Positions 1 through 9,228 of a stretch of 20,000 nt of DNA are shown in pieces. Under the pieces are notes generated by a model that worked only from the letters and a program-made list of their open reading frames with translations, had not been told where the DNA came from and searched no databases. Position 1 is the first letter of the stretch. The number at the start of each line of letters is the position of its first letter. The DNA comes from Catajapyx aquilonaris. Lineage: Eukaryota. Location: contig KZ539380.1 in NCBI GenBank assembly GCA_000934665.2, forward strand, positions 46,383 through 66,382, in the 5' to 3' direction. The translations under genes and the position numbers were made by a program.

Positions 1-793
1 TTTGTGGTGTAACAATGAGCCAAAAGCACGTACTTTTACAACCGGTATAAGGAAGTTAGCTTTGACAGTGCATGTTTTATGCAGCTCTTTTAATATACGT
101 AAACCATTGATAGACAAAAAGAAAGACAAAAGGAGTTTTTCTCTTTCTGGCAATGGAAAGCCAGTGGCGTTCTCTTTGAATAGGTGGTAATCCAATATTG
201 GAACGCACTTCGTTTGCACTGGCTTGACTCCCTCGTGCTTCCTGCTTTCCCTGGGTGGTGGACGCATAGCTCCCCCTGTCTGGTTCACGCTCACTTAATC
301 TTTTCAAGTGACAAATGAGTGCCTGTGGGTATGTTTCCTATCGTGCAACCAGATTAGCGCCAGTCTATTTAGCTTCCTGATGAAAGAGCGCGGTCTCGTT
401 CAGCTGCTCTTCCTCGCGCGCAGCAGGAACTCTGGACACCTCCCACGTTGACAGGTGTCACTAGCGTTCTTGTCAGTGCCAAAGTTATCTAACCTCAGCA
501 GCAGATTGTAAAACAGAAAGCCTGGTCGTTTATTCAAATTCTTTCAGTCGGTGCATAAGTCAGTGTTCCTTCGGAGCCTGTTTCATTTAGATGGTGACGT
601 GTAGCCTATTTTTAAAATTGTAAATTCTAATATAACACACATTTCTGTTGGGTGATCCATGCGGACGAATTGACCTAAGAGAGTTTGCAAGCAACTGAAA
701 GGGGCGATCAATAAGGTTCATCAGCATAATTTGATTGATTTTATACTGGAGCGGCCTATCGTGCAGCCTCGTGCAAATGTGTAAGCAAGAAAT

Positions 794-799
794 ACGTAC
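794..799 (-). other. 5' splice donor after helix 8 of the GPCR exon, phase 2
   Basis: The minus strand reads TTC CTG CCC TG|GTACGT, a good match to GTRAGT-type donors. The reading past it (YVFLAYTFARG...) loses receptor-like character and the sequence turns AT-rich. Confidence 0.65.
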
Positions 800-1472
800 C
801 AGGGCAGGAAGGTGACGAGAAAGGTCTTTCGATACTTGTCACTAAAGGCGCAGTAAAGCATGAAATTGCAAGAAGCGTTGATGGCCACCAGGAAGTTGAA
901 GATGTTCCCAAGGCCTCTAAGCAAAGCAGCGACGTTGGAGTCTCTGGGTGGCTCGTAGAAAGAGGTGTAAATGAGGGTGAAGGCTGTGGGCAGTTGGCAG
1001 ATCATGAAGAGCATGACCACTGCTATTAGCGTGATGGTGATCTTATTCTCTTGGCTCTGCGCATGGTCGCCCTTGGTCTCTCCCTGGGTCATCTTGCATC
1101 GGACCTTTCGGCTTTGGCGCACGGCGTGGATCAAGAAGGAGTTGAATATTGCCAGCAGGAACAGGGGAAGGATCATGAATGTTACTCCCGTGAACCAGTA
1201 GTAGATGGTACGGTACGTCAGGTTCTGTCCGAAATCACTGAAGTGGGCTTCGATGCAGCAGGTGCCGTTCGTGGCGTCACCAGCTTCGTACCGCTCCACT
1301 GCCACCCACTCGAACGGGGTTGTCACGGTGCACATGAAGCACACCAGGTACACCGCCACGATCACCTTCTTGGCTCGAGACTCGGTGCACAACACCTTTC
1401 CCCGCATGGGATGACACACGGCGATGTATCTCTCCACCGTGAATGACACCGTCAGCCATACCGACGTATTTG
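800..1472 (-). CDS. Proc-R: Internal coding exon (TM3 to helix 8) of a class A neuropeptide GPCR, FMRFamide/sex-peptide/proctolin receptor group; most likely a proctolin receptor ortholog
   Basis: The translation shows TM3 NTSVWLTVSFTV-ERY-IAVCHP, ICL2 CTESRAKKVI, TM5 FMILPLFLLAIFNSFLI, TM6 ENKITITLIAVVMLFMICQLP, TM7 NASCNFMLY and helix 8 SDKYRKTF. CQLP (for CWxP) and NFxLY (for NPxxY) are typical of this receptor group. CTESxAKKVI and QENxxTITLIAVV match my recollection of insect proctolin receptors; this was not checked by search, so the GPCR call is firm and the Proc-R subfamily less so. The exon is 673 bp (2 + 223 codons + 2) between a pyrimidine-rich CAG acceptor and a GTACGT donor. The ORF-track ends (721 and 1491) run into intron. 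Confidence 0.9.
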
Positions 1473-1490
1473 CTGGAATAATAAAAGACA
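1473..1490 (-). other. 3' splice acceptor (polypyrimidine tract + CAG) of the GPCR exon, phase 1
   Basis: The minus strand reads tgtcttttattattccag|CA AAT ACG TCG GTA TGG, with the AG at 1474-1473. Receptor-like sequence (x-N-T-S-V-W) begins exactly here. A possible branch-point-like TATGAC lies around 1503-1508. Confidence 0.75.
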
Positions 1491-2607
1491 CCTGAATGCA
1501 GCGTCATACTCTAGGAAGATGGAAGTTACTGCTGTATTTTCGGACCACATTCTAAATTATGCATACACATTGGGGATTTTTTTTTGCTTTGCGAGCAGAT
1601 AAACAAAGTTGCAGATAAGTGCTGTTATTGCAAGTTCATGGGTGCAGCCAACAACAACAATGTATGTAATGCCCGTCAGCGTGGTTGTTTCCTACCACAT
1701 GTGCAACCCAAGCAGCTTTTCATGGCGCCACGTTGCCTGCAGCCAAGGATACTAAAAAGCGGAGGGAGGGGGTTTCATTTCGCCTGCTGCATGGTACTGT
1801 ACCGTAATACACAACAACACTATGAACACTGCCGCACGCGGTACAGTTACAAACCTCCGGTAGTTTTGCATACAGTATCAAATTGCCCCCTTGTTTGGCC
1901 TGCAGTTTGCGGCGGTGTGCCAAAAACACATGCGGTGCATAGTATTGGTTTTCAAGTGTAATCAGGTTCTTGTATATACATGCGTAGGTATTTGATGAAT
2001 GGTAATCGCGTAAAGAATTTAACATCACAGCCAAACGAGCCGCGGCCTGATTATTTGCACGAGTGCACTTGTATGGCAGGGAGAGCCTGCGAAAGACAAA
2101 AACTTGAGGATCGAATGTCAATGTGTCAATGTGTGCTCAAGGCTGACTTGGCCACGGGATGATCTGGGCTTCCTGTTCTCTAGGGCTTGTTTGGGTACAC
2201 AACTTGATCTGTTTGCTGGAAGCGTCAGGGGCTAACGCTCCCAGTTAGTTTGTTGGAGGTGACAGCATGGGAAGGTGGAGAATGGTTGGGAGAGGAGGCA
2301 AAAAAGGAAGTGGCTGCTGCAGGAGCTCGCAGGAAGTTGGGGGTGGTCCTCCATGGATCTTAGAAGCAGCCGCAGACTCCAGATCAATAGGAAGTGGTAG
2401 TTGCTGGCTGATGTTTGCAGTAGGCTGTCATTTGCTTAAAGAGGTGAGCGACGAAATGTGGGAGTGGATTTGAATGGCAAAGCAAGCCGGCTCGCTTTTT
2501 GCCTGCAGCGGCCCTAGCTTCCGTTAGTAAAAGATACCTCGGGAAAGTACAGGAAGGCCTTTGATTTAACCTGGACCAGAAGCGATTCTGCTGCCCAAGG
2601 CAAAAGG

Positions 2608-2619
2608 GGTGGTGGTGGT
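2608..2619 (+). repeat. Short (GGT)4 microsatellite
   Basis: GGTGGTGGTGGT is directly visible within a G-rich patch. Confidence 0.6.
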
Positions 2620-3040
2620 GGGTTGGAGTCGGCGCCATCGATCCTCACCATCATCTCAGGAGATCAGAGCATGTGTCTCTGCTTCCCATTCCTCCGCACT
2701 CTGGACATTAGGGGATTCTTTTTATCGCCACAGGACATCTGCTACTTCTCTTTCAGTTTCATCACTTTGAAAGCTTGACGGTTTCATAATAGTTCGGTGA
2801 AACTGTGTAGTTTCTCACATCGTGTCAGACCCATCATTGCAAAGCATATTCGCTGCACCATGTTGCTGCTGTTATCTAAACTCGAAAGTTCCTTTTGGAG
2901 TACAGTTCTACAATAGTAATCCGTAATGCAGAGCAACGGTTTAATTCAGGGGCATATTAACTGCAGCAAAAGTAGCTTAGGTAGTGAAAAATGGAGAGGA
3001 TGGAATAAGCTGGAAGGAATGGTTTGGGTTGTGAGACGGA

Positions 3041-3251
3041 AAGTGAGATTCCTTTGCTCGGCAGCGAAAAGTGAAAAAGTAGGCTATATCGTAACTGAGG
3101 ACAGTAGTTATTATTTCATATGGGAACCTTTCTATAACTGGATGCAATTAGCAACCATTACGGAAATTTTGTTTGGTTTTTGTGGAACGGAGCTTCGCCG
3201 TAGTTTTTTTGTTGATTTTTAAATGAGCTCGCATATAAGTGAGATTCCTTT
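3041..3251. repeat. Exact 15-bp direct repeat AAGTGAGATTCCTTT flanking a 181-bp segment (possible target-site duplication)
   Basis: Identical copies at 3041-3055 and 3237-3251 are directly visible in the sequence. Confidence 0.7.
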
Positions 3252-6200
3252 ATATAGTACACCAGTATAAACTGGGATCCTACGCTTCCCCGCTCGTGAA
3301 TTTTAGAACGTCCTCTATATGACCAAGAGGTCTAAATATCTGGGATATATTTCACCTCTTGAGGCGAGCAGTAGACTGCTCTTGTGGTATGCCGTGAGAC
3401 ACTCGGAGTTTTTAGAAAAGAAACGCCGAAACGTGCCACAATAAATAAGGACAGTATTGCGGTGGGTTAGCTGCAGAAGAATGTTCAGCGTCATAGCCAG
3501 AACTGCGGTAGTATAGAAGTCGGACACTTGAAAGGTGGCAGTATTAAAAAGGTAACCGGATAAAACTATTTTGGTCACCAATGTGTATAACTATGTTATC
3601 CCTAATTAGCCGTAGCACAGATTTTACCCGCACAGATTTGACGAAGTTTGTCAAATTCGGCATGTGGTTAAAACCCTGTACATGGCAGTGCAAATTTTTG
3701 AAGCTTAATTGAACCCTTAATCACATGAACATTACCTCTCCAGGGAAGCAAAATATTACGTTTCGACACATAATGATGAGCTCCCCTGCGCGCGGCGTGA
3801 GTAGGCCCTACACTATTACCTCCACATAAACATTTCATTTTATTCCTTTCTAGATATTGGCCGACGGACTGTAACACTAAACAGTCTGATTGAAAGGCTC
3901 ACTAACTGACAAAAATTGTACACTAGCCATCTCTCTACAACGACAATCCTCTCTGTGGTCCTTACTATAAGTCACTGTGGACCCATATTTTCTCCGTGTC
4001 TCGTGCATATACCCGTACTTTTACTAGCCTGAAGTCCAGTGTTGGCTCATATGCCCTCATTACATTAATGAATACTGAAATTGTATGAGTACGTGAATAC
4101 GTTACGTAATTGGCGCAATTTGCACACACTAATTATAAACACCGCTCTAAAACCTTGTCCATTTGTGTGGATTGTTACATTTGCACCTGCAGCATCTCCC
4201 CTTTCAGCCACAATTCCGGTCCGCAGACCCGAGTGTTTCGCTAAAAGTCTATGGCATGTATCACTGGCCAAAAACAAAGTCCGTGCAATAATTCATAAGA
4301 AGTAAGCAGTATACCTAATTATGATACAGTGTGTGCAGATTTTCTATAACAATGAAATCCTGACACATCTGGAAATGGTAGTTAAATAAGCAACATTGAA
4401 ATGTATAATTTACTCTTCACTTACCTTAATTGTGGTTAGCCACTTATCGAAATGCTGAGCATTTTGCGTGACACTCGTAAATAACGTGATCGAAATATGC
4501 CCAGCATTGCTATAGTCAACTTGCATTATACCCGATTATGAACCGGTGAACTGAACTAAAATCCATTTTAATTGGCATCGTTATTGACGGCCTTAGCCAG
4601 CAGTAAAATTAATCATAATTGTTTCAAGCAAATTTTGTCCGATATCGTACCCCCGCCTCGTCAATTTGAATCCCAAGAGCTTTGCATGTATATGTGGAAT
4701 TAGAGAATTATAGGCTACCAATGTGTTTGTAACCAGAAGTTTAATAATAATTGCTGCAGCCCAGGTGTTGGTTAATTATTATTGGAAGCACCAAGTGGGA
4801 CAACGTCAATTAAATATTTCCCTTTGGTCGTGCCTATAATTAGCAGAATAGGACTCACGGCAATGTACGGATGATTACTTTAGAACTGGGAACCTTATTA
4901 TGCATATTAATTTTTTTGTTGAATTCTTTAATTTTAAATAATGTATATTTATGTGAAAGCCGTAAATTTGGCAATGCACCAACTCGCTTATTGGTTTTGT
5001 TGTTGTTGTTCGAACTTAACTAAGGTAACCGTCGCCACTGGAAGGCTTGTGCCGTTACGTGACATGAGAACACTTCTATTGAATTATGCCTGCATTCCTT
5101 AGAATATGAGATGGACTGGTAGAGGAACCTCAGAGATCTTTGAAGGGCTTCCACGTTTTATACAGGGTGGTTTAGGAACCAATGGAGGGTCCCTTGCTGG
5201 GCAATAAGATCCTGGAGTGATGGATGAGCACACGGAGCTATCTTGCCTTAGCTTTTATCACCCTCCTTTATATCTCACTTTCCTGTGCTGCTTGCGGCCT
5301 CGTTTAGGAAAATAAATAGGTCATATTAATATTGTCGTCCTCAGAAACGTATATTCTGAGCCTAAATTAAGTTACATATTTTTCCGCGATATCTTCGAAA
5401 GAAAAATAGTGTTATATTGGCGCAACGTCTCCTAAATTTCACTTTCTGCAAAGTTTATCCCGCTCCTAGTTTATGCCTGACACGTTCTGCCAACGCATCG
5501 ACTTTCAAGAGATAAGGTTCTAATGACTCTCCAAGTTGATTAAAGACAGTTTTTTTTAAAACTCAGACACTTTTTCGGTAACAAGTTTACAGCAAAACTG
5601 ACATCAAATTTTACACGCGAAGTGAAATTAAGCAAGATCAATATAATGTGTGACTTAAGATGCGCGCACATGGCAACTGGTGCACCAATGAAAACACCAT
5701 TCTCTGCTATATGTTATAGTGTTCTCCGTCATGGTTAAGAGAGGCAGGTTGGATTGGCAGATAATTGACAACTGGAGTACTGTAATTTCGTGGGAAGAGA
5801 ATTATTAGGGGTGGCGATTGTGATGCAAACGCACCGGAGAGGAAGGGCTTTTGAGGAAAAGCGTGCGGCTTTCCAGATAACCCGTGCTGTTGTTTTAGAA
5901 TAATTGCCTCGGTTTCCCTCCTAATCGCTCTATATCATCACTTCATCACTCACCTTGATGGTTCTAAGCTCGGCCGGATGAACTGAATAATCACGCTCTC
6001 ATTATAAATATGTGTAATTATCATAATTAACAACACTTTACTAACACTTATTAACAGATCAGATATTCTTGCTATCAGCGCCTGTTTGCTGATTATGTAG
6101 CTATAAGGGCAGGTTGAGGTATTTTAATCGTCCGATATAATTAACATCGGTGCATACTGCTAAGGAAGTGAAATTCTGGTCAGCATGTGTTATTTATTTT

Positions 6201-7669
6201 AAAAATTCGCTGATTTTTACCGAGAAAAAATAATAATGTAAGTGAAAGGAGGCTGCCTTTTTCGATCCTCACTCCTTTCCGTGGGCTTTTCTCCAACCTC
6301 ACTCAAACTTCAAACGAAGCATTCAAACCTCGAGTTGGCGGCAGACTCGGAAGTATATGGGCCAATAACTCCTGCCAACAAGAAGAGCTGGGAACAATGT
6401 GCAGCCCAAAGACTGGGGGAGCCAAAAGAGCTCCCTTCCTCGTCTCTCTGAGTAATAAGCTCTAATCGCGCAATGAAGTCGAGACTCTGGGAACTTGAAA
6501 CTGCGACACTACGCACGCTCCAGGCACACTCGTATCTCCAACTGCTCTTTGACGTTTGTCTCTCTAATTATGGTTCACGAGCGTAGTTATAACGACGGAA
6601 GAGGTTATAGAATATTTCGGTTTGGGAGGATTGCCGACGGCTATACAGCGGACCCACTGTTTGCAATAATAACTGGCAGTGTAATGATGCAAGTAAGATT
6701 TATATGTTTGGTGTCTATAGGTCACTGTAACAATGTAGCCACTTTTATAGACAATTTTAGGTCATAAAAATCAATCACGCGAGTGCTTTAATAGTTGGCT
6801 GTAATTTTTGTCATTTCTTGTTGGCTGCCTGCTTGTGTCCAGGCTGCAGCTTACATCAGAGACGACTGTGTAGTATTGGCTCTGCCTTTCGCCACATAAA
6901 AAAAACTGGACTCTACTGCTATGTCCGGTTCTACTCCTGTGGGAAAGCACAACCCTGTTCCATAGACCAAGCTAGGTTTCACGTTGCGAGAGAAGGGGAC
7001 GTGCTGGCTATTCACTTGTATAGTAGGAAGGCGAAAGCTGTATACTGTATAGTTGTGGAAGTTTCCGTGCAACACACGGTAGCGTTATAGGAGGCTCATT
7101 AGTAAGCCATAACTTGGCATTAGTGTCAAGAGGGTGGTGTTGAACTTGTTTAGCTACCGTCCATAAAGTTGTTGGCCGCTTCCCCATATGGCCACACTAC
7201 AAAATAATTTAATGGCACACCTCAATTTACAAAATATGGTATATACCTATAATGTGCGACTGTAGCAGGCCAACCAAGTTTTGAACAGTGCTTATGTAGG
7301 CTGCAATTGCAAGCACGCTTAGTTTGGTATGTTAATTACGAATGTACAGTGTAGTTTTTGTTGATAGACATCTACTCCGATGTTGCTCCACTCTACTGCA
7401 TATACACTGTTTCTATGACGTGATGATTACCGTACTTTCATATGCTGCACAGTCTAGACTTTATCAGTTTAGCATACAGGTTGTGAAGAAATTTAATTAC
7501 GAAGTTAGTATTATCAAATAAATTTTTACGCTACCATATTAGGCCACACTTCCCTCGTGAACTTTAACTTTGAAGATTGGATCTAATGTTGGATAGAAAA
7601 ATTGAGCATGCAAGGCAGGTGGAGCAGACCGTTAGAAACTTTAAATGAACTACCGGATGAGCTGTATTT

Positions 7670-7941
7670 TATCCAGGTGAGGCAACTTTTAAACTTGCCC
7701 GGAAAGCTACCAGCGCGCCTTTATTAAGCAGATTAACCCTTGCTTTGCTAGTGGGGTTTAATGAAATTTGGTACGTCCTTCTCACAAGTAACAAGTAATA
7801 TCTGAAGCATTGTTTGGCGAAAAAAAAAAAACATTTTTGCGCTTGAAAGTTTTATTACTACCTTTATTAATTTACGACCACCTTATCTGGAGCGCAATAA
7901 CCGCAGGGCGTGGTCTCATTTTCAGTCTATTCACCTGGATA
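7670..7941. mobile_element. Candidate Tc1/mariner-type MITE (non-autonomous, ~270 bp)
   Basis: A perfect 12-bp inverted repeat, TTATCCAGGTGA (7669-7680) / TCACCTGGATAA (7931-7942), can be read as TA + TCCAGGTGA ... TCACCTGGA + TA. The interior is AT-rich and non-coding, with an A12 run at 7820-7831. Confidence 0.4.
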
Positions 7942-9210
7942 ATGACATGTCATGTGTGTGCGGCCTAACGCCTGAAAACGATTTCCGAATTAGAATCTGG
8001 CGTTTAGAAAAGTGGTGAGCGGAACATCGGACGTGCCGTGCTTTCTCCCAATTTAAACCATAGAGACGTCCGACGTAGCACCTCATTTAGCGGAAAGGTA
8101 GTCGGGGCGGTTGTCCAGGAAACTTATTTTCATTCTGAGAGTGTGGAAATGGGTGAGGGTTGGCACGCGCCAGCCAGTGATACCGAATCACGGAGGGAAA
8201 AACTTGGCCTCCATCAGCTACATACATACCCCCATTCGCAACCACGTCCATGCCATCTCGCTTTTATGCCGCTATTTACTGTCCTGCACCCAGAAGCACC
8301 TGGCGCCATGCCAACTTTATCATATCTCAGTAGTTGTATGTGGCCGTTGCATGTGTGAGGACTGGCCACTCTCACATATATGCTGACGGGCTGCAGAGTT
8401 ATTGAGTGGTGAGGGACATACGCTGTGTGTGACGGGATCGTAAAATGATACTTGGGTTGGTTCGTTTCAATTAAACGGTGTATATTGTTGCATGATTATC
8501 GCTGTTTAGCAGCTCCGGTGTAATCATCGGGGGCTCACTTAATTAGGTGGAGGTAATGGGGTAGATATTTGTAAAAACTTTATGCACCCATCCTAATAGG
8601 TCTCCACTGAATTAAACTTACAATATTAGCTCCTGATGGTAGCGAATCATCAGCATCCTCCTCGCCTGCACCTTCCTCTCTCAACAGAAAATGATCTCCC
8701 TAATTGAACCTGGGAGTGCAGTTATAAATAGAGTCATCGATTATGTGATGGAAGCTTTTACATCACGGCGGGGTGCACTTCCGATAGAAGTCTAGCTACA
8801 AAGGAAACACATTGTTCGCCTTGTATTATAGGCTTCACTCCAAATGTGGAGGACCTTGCTAAAATAGCTGACTTATAACGTGCACTGCCTAAAGGGAGTT
8901 CATACACTGTCCAATTTTTCAATAGACAGTATAACAGGACTCTACGAATTGAAAACGTAAATGGCGCTTTATAATGCTATATTTCGTGAACATGAACGAA
9001 AAATCTATTTTTACTGCCTCACACATTAACACGCACATTTATCTGGGAAGGTAACTTGGCAACTTTAACTGCAAATCTTTCGTGTTGGTCGGTGGTTAGA
9101 ACATGAATGCGATGACTACAGGAAGCTAAAAGTATGCGCCTCTTATTTGGACGAAATATGCGCTTTTTCTCGGAAAATGTGACGGGTTAGGACTGTAAAA
9201 AATGCGGTAC

Positions 9211-9228
9211 GGGTTAGGGTGGGTTGGG
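9211..9228 (+). other. Canonical G-quadruplex-forming motif GGGTTAGGGTGGGTTGGG
   Basis: Four G3 tracts with 3-, 1- and 2-nt loops. ACGGGTTAGG also occurs twice (9182-9191 and 9209-9218). Confidence 0.6.

Noticed and set aside
971..1446. Plus-strand ORFs (76, 131 and 69 aa) overlapping the GPCR exon
   Set aside because: Antisense shadow ORFs caused by the exon's codon bias; no recognisable protein features.
721..1491. ORF-track 256-aa ORF taken as a complete gene
   Set aside because: It starts at a GTG in intron-like sequence, lacks TM1-TM2 and is bounded by splice signals. It is one exon plus intronic read-through.
4418..4426. Strong minus-strand donor-like AAG|GTAAGT
   Set aside because: The adjacent putative exon sequence does not encode receptor-like protein, and such 9-mers are common in long introns.
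5340..5360. Hairpin CTCAGAA-N7-TTCTGAG, and a similar ATATTGAG/CTCAATAT stem near 17787-17816
   Set aside because: Stems of 7-8 bp are expected by chance in 20 kb, and bacterial terminator logic does not apply to this eukaryotic DNA.
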